DNA of 64,000 nucleotides from Tubiluchus corallicola (Eukaryota > Animalia > Priapulida), in the NCBI GenBank assembly GCA_030141605.1, contig JAQGDQ010000029.1, positions 186,001-250,000 on the forward strand. Reading direction: 5' to 3'. Position 1 is the first letter of the stretch, and each line of letters starts with the position of its first letter. The notes under the pieces are model-generated. The model did no database searches, was not told the origin of the DNA, and saw nothing but the letters and a program-made list of their open reading frames with translations. Positions 38,718 through 50,290 of the stretch are shown piece after piece. A program made the translations under genes and the position numbers.

Positions 38718-39220
38718 ATAAATGTTATCACTGTGCAGTTACAGTATTCTCGCAGACAAGCAAGATTCTGTAAATTTGGCAAAAAAGTATTTACAAAAAT
38801 AGATTATCTACGTTTAACACAATGATCGATGCCATATCTTATATTTGACAATATCTTTTAAGACACTATGCATCTCAGCTACTTGTGCAGTTTTTATATG
38901 TAGGCACATTTAATGAATTTAAGAATACACTTTTATTCGTTTATTGATGAATGTCTATTGTATGCTTTAACTAGTTACACTTCCAGTGGCGAGAATATAA
39001 TGAACGGTGTGTATTTAAACTGTGTAACATGTTGTTATAGAAGGTTACCCTTTGCCATACTAAATATTTATTCCAAAAAATTTCCATTGAATAGAAAGCA
39101 GGATTTTGTACAGAGTCCAATTTTGATTAAGCACTGGTCTGGCCAACCAGGACCGGAAAAATTTAATGCGCGTAACGGTAAGCTAATTTTCTGCATAAAA
39201 GTCTAAACGTGGGGCTGTGC

Positions 39221-39237
39221 ATTGGTTAATGACGTCA
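39221..39237 (+). promoter_or_regulatory. CCAAT (ATTGG) plus CRE (TGACGTCA) upstream of the fucosyltransferase
   Basis: attggttaatgacgtca ~400 bp upstream of the ATG; candidate acceptor tttttccttag at 39614-39624. Confidence 0.35.
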
Positions 39238-39639
39238 GTACTTCATTATACAATCCAATTTTAACTATCTTGCATGTCTAACGGGTTATTAAGCGAAATA
39301 TTAGCGGAGAATAAAGAAGATATATTATAGTAAAAAATAATAACAGTATAGATTCAAGAAGATTTTATAGCGATTACTTCTTTTTCCCCTTAAAATAGTC
39401 CAGTGCGCTATTGTTCTTTTCTTCTTCTTTGTTGTGGCATTTTCTACTTTACATATCTAAACATGTATGTATCATGGAAATTATAATTTACGTTGCGAGG
39501 CCACGCATTTTATTAGACCGTGAAGGATAATGTAGTAGGTTTTACTGCTGCTTTATGCCGCACAAAAGCATATATACAAACTAATTAGTAAAGCGTGACT
39601 ATACTGTGCCAAATTTTTCCTTAGACTTATTCTTTCATC

Positions 39640-41145
39640 ATGTACAGCTGCAGAAAAAGAATATTAGTCGGTGTTGTTGTCATTTTTATTTTAATGTGTT
39701 GTCTGCTACTTTCTACTACAACGAATTTTTTAATACACCACGTAAAAAAGCTGACGAGCGCAGGTTTAGTTGCTGTACATTCTGCACACTTTAGCAAAAA
39801 CATTGGAACCGCTGCAGAGTCTATGCATACGACCAATAACATTGAAAACGGCGTACGTGATACAAGCAGTCATAAATATGCCACAAGTAGGTCTACATTG
39901 TTCAGTAGCAACGATTTTAACGAGACGCTTTCTAGCAATGCTACTGACTTTATAAAAAGTGATAGTGAAACTAGCAATGAAAGTGGCATCAACAACAAAA
40001 TTAAGTTGTCGAAAGAATTAACAAATCAAAGTACTGTAATGCAAACCAAAGCAACAGTATTGAAGAAGGAATTCAGAAATAATGACAATGCAATGAAGAA
40101 TGCGAAAGTTAACGAACAAAAGTCTGGGAGAACTAATTTAATGCCTTTTCAAAGCAGTGCTCGCAAGACTAAACGGAAGCTGATTTTGTTCTGGAACAGG
40201 TATCAAAATGATTATTTCACTGTAGGCAAGGGGGTCGCTCCGTTTTACCAATGCAGTAAGCTATTACAGAGAAACTGCGAAACAACTCATGATAAATCAC
40301 GGTTCAACGAGAGTCATGCAGTGATTGTGCACGTGAGGAATATATCTTCTAATCCTACCCAACCATTTCCAAGATGGCGTCCTGCAGACCAACGTTGGGT
40401 GTTTTTCTTATGGGAACCTCCCATTAAGATGAACCCATCGTCTCATGGGAAAAATCCGGATTTGTCGTACTTGAACAACATTTTCAACTGGACAATGACG
40501 TATCGTCGAGATTCGGATTTTCCACGTCTACATGGCAGTGTAGTTTCCTTCAGAAAACCTCTAAAACAGCCAAAGGTAAATTATGCTGAGGGAAAAACCA
40601 AATTGGTAGCTTGGTTTGTCAGTAACTGTCATGCATTTTCTGATCGAATGGAATATGCAAAAGAGCTCCAGAAGTATATTCCCATCGATATCTACGGTAA
40701 ATGTGGTAACTTGACGTGCAGTGGAACGGAACATTGTAACTCTATGCTGAAAAGAACTTACAAGTTCTACTTGTCCTTCGAGAATTCAATGTGTCGCGAT
40801 TATGTAACAGAGAAAACTTACTTCATGCTGATGAACAACGTAGTACCTGTGGTCAGAGGAGGGGCCAACTATACTGCAGTCACTCCCCCTCATTCTGTGA
40901 TTAACACAGTTGATTTTGAGTCTCCAAAGCAACTTGCTGAGTATTTGCTTTACTTGGATAAAAATGACGTGGAATACACCAAGTATTTTGCTTGGAAATC
41001 GAACTACGGCATAAAACGAAGTTATTACGAGTGTTTCTGCAAATTATGCGAAAAGCTGAATGGTCCAAAAGAGCCAGTTAAAATTTATAGCGACATACAT
41101 GACTGGTGGGTTGAACGGGGAAACTGCATCGAAAAAGGCAGTTAA
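39640..41145 (+). CDS. Alpha-1,3-fucosyltransferase (GT10), type II membrane protein, intronless CDS, 501 aa
   Basis: Basic tail MYSCRKR plus hydrophobic anchor; long S/T/N-rich stem; FNWTMTYRRDSD, VAWFVSNC, IDIYGKCG, YKFYLSFENSMCRDYVTEK (alpha-1,3 FucT motif), Y..YF.W, CKLC. Confidence 0.96.
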   Translation: MYSCRKRILVGVVVIFILMCCLLLSTTTNFLIHHVKKLTSAGLVAVHSAHFSKNIGTAAESMHTTNNIENGVRDTSSHKYATSRSTLFSSNDFNETLSSNATDFIKSDSETSNESGINNKIKLSKELTNQSTVMQTKATVLKKEFRNNDNAMKNAKVNEQKSGRTNLMPFQSSARKTKRKLILFWNRYQNDYFTVGKGVAPFYQCSKLLQRNCETTHDKSRFNESHAVIVHVRNISSNPTQPFPRWRPADQRWVFFLWEPPIKMNPSSHGKNPDLSYLNNIFNWTMTYRRDSDFPRLHGSVVSFRKPLKQPKVNYAEGKTKLVAWFVSNCHAFSDRMEYAKELQKYIPIDIYGKCGNLTCSGTEHCNSMLKRTYKFYLSFENSMCRDYVTEKTYFMLMNNVVPVVRGGANYTAVTPPHSVINTVDFESPKQLAEYLLYLDKNDVEYTKYFAWKSNYGIKRSYYECFCKLCEKLNGPKEPVKIYSDIHDWWVERGNCIEKGS

Positions 41146-42481
41146 TCTTCTGATGTTACAAGCTTTATTTCATAAAAGGATTATAAACTCTTAATAAGCC
41201 CACACTTGGAACTCGATTTACAGCCAGTAACGATTCCTTTTGAGAGAAGAGGACACATTAATTGCAGCAAATGGATGAGGGTTCCTATATAACGTTAACT
41301 TTTCGTAACGAGGTGGAATGAAAAATCCTTATGGCGATGTGAACATGCGTAATTTCCGTGCAAAGTTCGGAAAGACAGCAAGATGAAGTAATTATGGCTT
41401 ATTACTGTGCTCGTATATGCAACTAGAATTCCTTTTGCAGTTTTGCACATTGATACAGTCATTGATTTTAATTTTTTCATATATGTGCTTCGTTAATGAT
41501 GTACGTCTAGACTCTAGAAACTTAGACGTAACACGTTACACTTAGACGTGTCTAAGCTCATAACATCATAGCCTTAAAATTGTTTTTTATAAAGTTCAAG
41601 ACTGCAAGACTGTGATATGTGTATATACGACAATAAAAATAAGATAAATGAATTTATTTACCAGTGATCATACGAACAAATTTTTAACCCAGCATTATGC
41701 GTTGCGTTATCGGGGCCTAACACACAGATCAGCTGGTCCACAAAAATTATGGCTATGCATCAATGCCGCCGATGATTTGATTAACATTTCATACTAAGAA
41801 ATAGAACTTGAATCTTTTGAGAGAAAGCCAAGGCTGCTTAGTGCTGTATAACTGTTTTCTATTATTCCTACGGCGCCAGTTAAATCCAACTATTAAACAG
41901 TGCTCAGAATATATGCTCAATTAATCATTAACCACTCACACTATAAATTAGCATTAACCATTAACCAGGTGTAGGCGTTTGTATTAAACCAACAAAAGCA
42001 ATTATAGTCAAGCATGTTGTCGATTACTTTAAAAACCTACGCTAAGATTTTTGGCGAATACTATTGAAGAAATCGTCAAAACACACAAACAAGATAGTAT
42101 TCTGACTTCGCCTAGCTGCACTTTTTATAATTTTTACAAGCTAGTTTATTTTAACAGTTGTTACGTGGCCAGTATTTAGCTAATTATCAATACTTAACCT
42201 CTATGATCAGACAGTTGATCAACAGAGATTTGTCACATTCAAATATCTGTACATCCCTTCTCAAAGAGAGAAAGCACTGAAAATTAGGACAGACGAAACC
42301 AGCCAGAAGCAGTTTTCCCGATAGTCACCCATCGTTTTACAAGTCCCGGACTCAGCACTTTACTATTTTAGTCGAGCTTTCGCAGTTTCGATCGCCGCCT
42401 TACTGACAAGAACTCACCTTTCTCCGTCCTTCTGAAAATGTACCTTTTTAGATTTTTTTCTGTCGATTTCAGAGTGCTTGA

Positions 42482-42565
42482 ACCTGATGGCCTGAGTGGT
42501 CTATGAAGGTGACTTCAAATATGCTAGCTCAGTGGTCATGGTTTCGACTACAAACGCTAGCGCCA
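42482..42565 (+). pseudogene. tRNA-derived relic (Leu-like pseudo-tRNA or SINE head)
   Basis: A-box gatggcctgagtggtcta, degenerate B-box ggtttcgact, ends in cgcca; stems do not pair well. Confidence 0.45.
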
Positions 42566-42939
42566 ATGATTCCTATGACACTTCTAAGACTCCTGTAGTC
42601 ATATGTAGCACATTGTGAACGTGAACGTGCTACTTGTATTCGCAGGAAAACTTGGACTTAGACGTACAATTTTGAATATAAACGACAGTTTGTTAATAAG
42701 CGTTTTTCAGTCTGACTTATTTTGTCGAGCTAAACTGCTCTATGTCTGAATTTATTTTTAAGTATGTGTATGAGTAAGTCACTTATTTTATTTCGAGCAT
42801 GAGGTTTATTTCAAACATAAAATTGGCAAAAATTACAATGATTAAAATTAATAAAATAAAAGTTTATTAGTTAGAATCTTGGTTAAAACGTTAATCCAAT
42901 AAATGCATGAAGGCAATATGAAATTAAAAAGCCCAAAAA

Positions 42940-43036
42940 ACCCAAAAAAGTACGCACCACTGGGATTCGAACCCAGACCTTTTGCTTCTGTCTGGAACTG
43001 TACTAGAGCAATATGTACGTGAACTATCCTCCGGGC
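42940..43036 (-). pseudogene. tRNA-derived relic or SINE
   Basis: Perfect T-arm CTGGG-TTCGAAT-CCCAG followed by T-runs; D arm degenerate. Confidence 0.5.
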
Positions 43037-43347
43037 AAATATGAATTTTGGTTCACGATAAAACAAACAAAGCAAAATTGTTAATATCCAATTTCGATGA
43101 AGTACGCAGATTTTTTTGTTCCATTTGTTTCTTTCGTTTGCTAATTTAAATTTTCTCTGACTATATGTTACAAGCTGACTAACTAAATCGTAGTTTGTTA
43201 GCCCTAATGTTATGTATCATACTGCAAATGTTCTAGCTTTTTTCAGGATACGAATTTTACAGGTAAATCCCAAATTTTTGTTTATATAATAACTATACAG
43301 TTATTTTAAAATGTTAACATGTTTTTTGTTCATATTAATAAGGCCTA

Positions 43348-44337
43348 TCATATTATTAAGATTACACGTGTGCTCCTCAGAGAAATGCTGTTTGCTGATG
43401 ATGCAGCTCTAGCAAGCCACACCCACGACGGTCTACAACGCCTTATGGACCGCTTCTCCAATGCTTGCAGAGAGTTTGCCCTCACAATCAGTATCAAGAA
43501 GACGGAGATAATGGCTCAGGATCCTCCAATACCCCCCTCCATCTCAATCAACAACTCGCAGCTGGCCACTGTAGACAACTTCAAATACTTGGGCTCGACC
43601 ATCTCACAGAACCTGTCCCTTGATGCTGAGATAAACGCTCGCATTGGAAAAGCAACAGGAGTCATGTCAAAGCTGACAAAGAGAGTTTGGGAAAACAAAA
43701 ACCTAACTCTTAGCACAAAGTTGAAAGTCCACAATGCTTGTGTTATCAGCACCCTCCTTTATGGCAGTGAGACATGGGCTACCTACACAAGACAGGAGAC
43801 AGGCTTCTTGATATTAGGTGGGAAGACAGAATTACCAACCGTGAGGTCCACAGCAAGGCCAAGACAACATCAATCTTTGCTATGCTGAGTCAGAGGCGTC
43901 TACGCTGGCCAGGTCATGTCAGACGCATGGACAAGGGTCGTCTTCCAAAGGATATGCTGTACGGCCAACTCGAGGAAGGCACGCGTCCGACCGGTCGGCC
44001 TTGCTTGAGGTTCTCTGATGTCTGCAAAAGAGACCTCAAAGGCACTCACATAGACGTCAGTTCATGGGAAACCAAGGCAGATGACCGGCCAGCTTGGAGA
44101 CAAGCAGTCAGCGAGGGCATTAAGAAGGCTGAGGAGGACAAGCATGAGAGGCAACGCCAAAAGAGACTGGGGAGTAAAGCATCAACTAGTTTTCTCACTG
44201 ACCCCGTTTTCACCTGTGGGGACTGCGGCAGAGACTGCCATTCCAGGATCGGGCTCTACAGCAGACGCTGCTCCAGCTCCACTTTATGGCGCAACCCATC
44301 GTCTTCATAGACGGACGGAGGCCGACGACGAGGAGGG
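43348..44337 (+). mobile_element. 5'-truncated RTE-clade LINE (BovB-like) with a 10-bp TSD
   Basis: LFADDAAL, FKYLGS, LLYGSETW, RRLRW.GHVRRM...RLPK..LYG, C-terminal CxxCGRDCHSRIGL; ATAAGGCCTA at 43338-43347 and 44338-44347; much higher GC than its flanks. Confidence 0.92.
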
Positions 44338-45234
44338 ATAAGGCCTAAGATAAATAGACTAAAAGCTGATTTGTATTCAGGCTTCTTGTGCGTACATTAA
44401 AAATTATAAAATATAATTACGGAATTAATTAAAAAACATCGGAAAATTTTGGCAAACATTGGCAAAATACATCAGATTCTGTAAAACTAATTTACAATTG
44501 CTGAAGTACTGAATACTGACTAATTTTTACAGCTAAATCTTTTTGTTCTCCTTAATATATATTTGCACTAGTTAAAGTACAAGAACATTTTGATCGCAGC
44601 TTATTTGTGAATTACTGGATAGGATTTTTTCAAATTTATATTATCTATTAATATTCTATTAATGTTAGCTTCTTTAAAAAACAAAATAGTTATATTGAAT
44701 TCAAATCTTGCTATCACCAACATTAACTTAATGCATATATTGTGAGTGCCAAATAGCAGAAAAAACACTGTCAAATGAGCTGGCAGTCATGCTACAGTGA
44801 TTGCTACAATGTTAAGATCTTTACAAGATTCATGGCTCCATCTATTACACATTCAAGGAAGGAGTCGATGGGCCAAGCCTTTTTTGAAGTTAGGGTTATT
44901 TCAGTAATCATCTAGTTTTTCATGTACAGTAGCCACGCACTTCACTACGTGTCATAATGTGTGTAACAAGCACTATATACTATAACAAGATTTTAATAAT
45001 GCTTGTGAAACCGTTTGTTCCGTACAGTAGTTAAAGGATCAGCTCTACCCATTGAGCAAACTAGGCAGTTACCTATGGCACCAAATTCTGCATGTAATTC
45101 TGTAATGTTAGATTTTGGTATAAATAATAACACAGTAACCTATAGGTCTGTTTCCCAGCAAAACTGTTTTCCAGAATTTTTTGCACAGGAAAAACATTTC
45201 CCAAAAACATTGCCAGAAATTTTTTTCCCCAGAA

Positions 45235-45500
45235 AACTTTTTCACGGAAATCAAATTGGTATTCATACAACATAATTATGTTTGTCTATCAAGCATCTAT
45301 ATATTAGCTTCTCAAAAATCTTAGAAAGTACTGGCAAAACTGAAATTGGTTGGTAATTTAAAATAAGTTACCTTCTTGCTTTGTATAAATTGCTGATACT
45401 TTAGCTGTGTTTAGTTGGACACCAGTCAAATGAGATAAATTACAAAGTACAACGTATCACGATTTCCTTACGAACTGATTTTATAACATCAGCAGTAATA
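45235..45500 (-). mobile_element. LINE RT N-terminal fragment
   Basis: Translates NYQPISVLPVLSKIFEK and YEYQFDFR. Confidence 0.7.
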
Positions 45501-45628
45501 CCATCATCCTATCACTTCTCATTCTCTCCCTCCCTATCTGCGTCTCCTGTCTGTTTCTCATTTATTCCCTCTATTACCCTCTTTTTCCTCTATCTCATCT
45601 TCCTCATCGCTCTCTCTTAGTCGTCTCC

Positions 45629-45902
<274 letters not shown>

Positions 45903-46835
45903 GTCATTTATTTTCGATCAACACATATACATCAATGCAAGCTGTACATATAAAAGGTTAGTATATCAATAGAATAGATAAAAGATAAATTATCGGTTAG
46001 CAATAAAGACGATTTACAACAGAGACAGTGTGCATAAGTACATTATTGTTAAGAAAGGAAAATTCTCTATCATAAATGTACATTTTGTATCTCCAATACA
46101 AATTCTTTGATTAGGTAAACCTTTTCACTTAGCACTGGTTTGCTTAAAATAACTGTATTAGTGGCTCTGCGTTTCTAAATAAAATCATCAATAGGAACAT
46201 TGTATTTTATTCAAATATATGCAAAGTTAAAACTAATAATATTTAAAGTAGCATGACGAGCAAAAAAACTGATAACGTTATTTTGGCTATTTAAACTAGA
46301 TACATTAAATTTAATGAATCGTTTTTCAAACTAATTTTCATGTCTGCTAGTATTGGCAATATATGGTAAAAATCGCATATGAGCGTTACACGGTAGATTA
46401 TACAATTAGCGAATAGCTATGTTCTATGAAGCTTCAATGCGGCTTTTCAACGGGTTATCCAGTCGCCATATTTGAGAACTGTAAAAACAGTGATAATAAG
46501 TTTTAAACAATTTCCATTTAAGATCTGTTTTAATAAACCGAAAATCATGCTGTTACTTGATAAATAATGTCTCCGCACTTATTTAGAATTTCGTCTTCGT
46601 CAGTAAATTTGCAATATAAGATATGACCAAGGTGCTCCACTTTTTTACACCAAGTAAGAGGAGTACCACCTGTTAACAACTACAGTTGGCAAAGATTTAT
46701 TACCTTCCGCTTTATCGCAAAACTGATGCATTTGCTTTTCACTTTGTTTCGTTTGATGTCTACAAAATTAATATCAATTTTTTGCCTCAATCATCGCTTA
46801 TGTTAAGCATATTATGAACAATGTCTCAATCCTCG

Positions 46836-46927
<92 letters not shown>

Positions 46928-47040
46928 ATCTGCCTTCTATCATTATCTCTTTCCCTATCTGCCCTCTATCATTATCTCTTTCCCTCCTTTTTTCCTTTCT
47001 CCCTCTCTCACATTTTCTCACACCTTCTCATTCTCTTGTC

Positions 47041-47091
<51 letters not shown>
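46836..47091. repeat. (CT)n microsatellites and pyrimidine tract
   Basis: Seen directly. Confidence 0.95.
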
Positions 47092-47094
<3 letters not shown>

Positions 47095-47880
47095 ATTCTT
47101 TCTCTTTCTACTCTCCTTATGTTCCTCTGTTCTAGCTCGCTTATCTCCAGCATTTTTACTAATGAAAATCAGAAATCAGAATCATTTAAAACGATGCAAT
47201 GTTTAAGAGTCAATTTTGTTTTTTATATTTGTTTTAGAAAAATACTTTGTTTTGAAACTTCGCTGCAATAATTTGTTTTTCCGTTCTAAACGCTCATAAA
47301 ATACTTTCTCAAAGTTATTTACTGCATATGATAACTTTAAATTCATTTGATTTTCATAGCATATGAAATAAAGCTTAATAATAATAAAAATAATATTAAT
47401 GATGATGATGATGATGATGCTGAAAAAATGAAAACACCGAGGCTTTGCAAAATGCGGAGATTTGTGAATATTTTGACGTCAAGATCCTATTTTTTTATAT
47501 TATTAAGATAATCCCTTGGAATGAAACTGAACTGGCAGAGATGTCACAGTCACATTCTCATGCTTGTAAATCTCTAAACACCAAGAAACGAAAGAAATAA
47601 TTGGAATCACAATAAAAGTAAATGCCCAAAAGTGAGATTCCTAAGCGCTCATCCAATAAAGTTGCCAGATTCGGCACTACTTAACTTTGTTAGCCAATCA
47701 TATGCAGAAAAGATCATCTTGACTCGCTACCTTATTATTCTGATGTTTCAAATCTACTTTCTTGCCGTACAGAGCAGACCAAACATTTTTCATTAGTTTC
47801 CCATAAACTCATATTCCCATAAATCTATACATTAATTTGGCAGATAAAACAAACAACTAAATATATTATATATTTAGTAT

Positions 47881-49300
47881 ATTAAAACAGTAAATAACCA
47901 ACTGCAAGACAGCATAAAGAAGCAGCAGCTCCCATATAAGTTATTATTTGAGTAGTTAAAGGAACTGAATGCTTGCATTTTCTTATTGCTTTCAAATTGA
48001 TCTAAAATGGTGACGTCTGTTAGTTTTTTTTGTGTATTCATACAGTAAACTGAGATCTTTATTCATTACAGAATGCGGCGAGTTATGGCACTAAACTTTT
48101 TTGTGTGTGTGCTGAAATAACCTTACTATTGGTTTCATGTGAGTATAATATTTAAAAAATATTGCTGACGAGGGCGACACTAGCTAATGTCCTCATCTTG
48201 TAAAAACACGGTGACAAATAACCGTGACACGTACATACGTATATATATATATACGAATGTACGTGTTTTATAACATGGTTTTTATTTCCGAAATAAGTTT
48301 AATCTATTCTAATCATATACCGTAACTTCCCAAGTGTTGTTTGTCGGTCGTTTATACGATTACGTCTTCTGAACATTTTATCTGAATGTGTTGTCGTAAG
48401 TTAGTAAGCAACCAGTCGTGTTACCGTTGTCTTAAATCAGCAACGTAAATAATAAATTCTGTCTTTGTCTTTAAATACTTGTCTTGGTTTGTCCACCTAT
48501 TGGTGTCTTAAGTTTACCGTTAAATTTTTATGTGTAACTGGTAAAATTAGTTTACTTTCTGCTAACACCTTAATAATGATTGAAAAAACTAACGCTTTCT
48601 AAATCTAAAATCAAATTCACGGTGTCCTTGAATCAGAAGTAAGTTGTTTGAAGTAGCATCTTCTAGCCCAGCAATAGGTTTATCTTTGTCTCTTTGTTCT
48701 GAATTCACAGCTTTTTCCGAAAATAAAACATTTTCTGTGTCGCTAACGCTCGTACTATTTGTGCAAAGGATTTTTCTTGTTTTTGAATAAACAAGAGAGG
48801 GGATTTGCAAATGCTTTGGCAGTTGATCAGAAAGCAACCACTTGAATGATACCAGTGCAAACAGTATTCACATATTGCATGCAAGGGAATAACATTTGTC
48901 AGTGTAACAAGCATTTATTGAAACGAAATAACATATAAAATGTACAAAGTTACGGTTATTTGTCACTGTGTTTTTACAAGATGAGGATATTAGCTAGTGT
49001 CGCCCTCGTCTGGCAATATTTCTTAAATTATTATACTTACATGAAAACAATAGTGAGGTTATGTCAGCGCACAAAAAAATAAAACGTTTAGTGCCATAAC
49101 TCGCCGCATTCTGTAATGAATAAAGATCGCAGTTTACTGTATGAATACGCAAAAAAACTGACAGACGTCACAATTTTAGAATTATTTGAATGCGATAAGA
49201 AAATGCAAGCATTCAGTTCCTGTAATTACTTAAGTAATAACTTATATGGAAGCTTCCGCTTCTTTATGACGTCTTGCAGTTGGTTAGTTACTGTTTTAAT
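47881..49300. mobile_element. Foldback element: ~350-bp inverted arms (47881-48228 and 48949-49300) around a ~720-bp spacer
   Basis: For example gacgagggcgacactagctaat versus attagctagtgtcgccctcgtc, and cagaatgcggcgagttatggcactaaa versus tttagtgccataactcgccgcattctg; TTAA at both outer ends. Confidence 0.85.
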
Positions 49301-50168
49301 GTCACAGATTTGATTGACATTTGAAAATCATAAAAATAATAATTAATAAAAATGTAAAATTATAAGGAGTGAGGAAACATTGGTGGGGCGGACTGGTCTA
49401 ATGGAGGGTTGTAGGGAGGGGAAGGGGCTCTGCTGCATGGGACTGCAGTAGTGGGTTTTTTATTTGCCAAACGCAGATAAAAAAACTGCCATTTAGTGAA
49501 ACGTGCATGACAAAGCAAACATTTTGCACTAATAATAGCAATCTCTTTACTAACATTTCGAGTTGTTTAAATCGTCATGTGCCATACGGTCAAAATTGTT
49601 TAGATTTAAACAAACTTATTAGAAATGTTTTCTTTTTGATAATATTATTTATTTCACGGTAGTCAAAATGGATCCAGCACTCAGCGAGAGGCTCTTTTTG
49701 ATGTAAATGTAGTCGTGGTTTAATCAACACTAGAGATTCGGGCCTCTCATAAACAACTTACAAGGAAGCGTTTTTAACCCACTTCCTAGGTTTTGCTACA
49801 TTATTAGTGTACAGCGTTATGTAGTCAAAACAACTAAAGATACTTGCTAAAACTAGACCGCCAGTGGACAATATATATACACGGCTTAGTTGCTATTAAA
49901 CCACAGTAAAATTATTTAGTAGAGTAAACCAAAGTAAAGTAAACAGCAGAGTTATACATTCCGCCTCGGGATACGGACTCGTTCAAATCTTGTTAAAACC
50001 TTTATCAATCAACTTTGGTATTTCACTGTTTTTCCCCGAGGCAGTTAAGTCAACAAAAACTGGCCATAAGGTTACAAAAGAAGACGTATTATTATTATCA
50101 AGGTTTAAGGTTTAAATAACGTATTGCCATTGAAAATGCTTACAAGGGAGAGGTAGTAACAATCACAA

Positions 50169-50290
<122 letters not shown>

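Noticed and set aside
42482-43036. Functional tRNA genes
   Set aside because: Acceptor, D and anticodon stems do not pair; treated as relics
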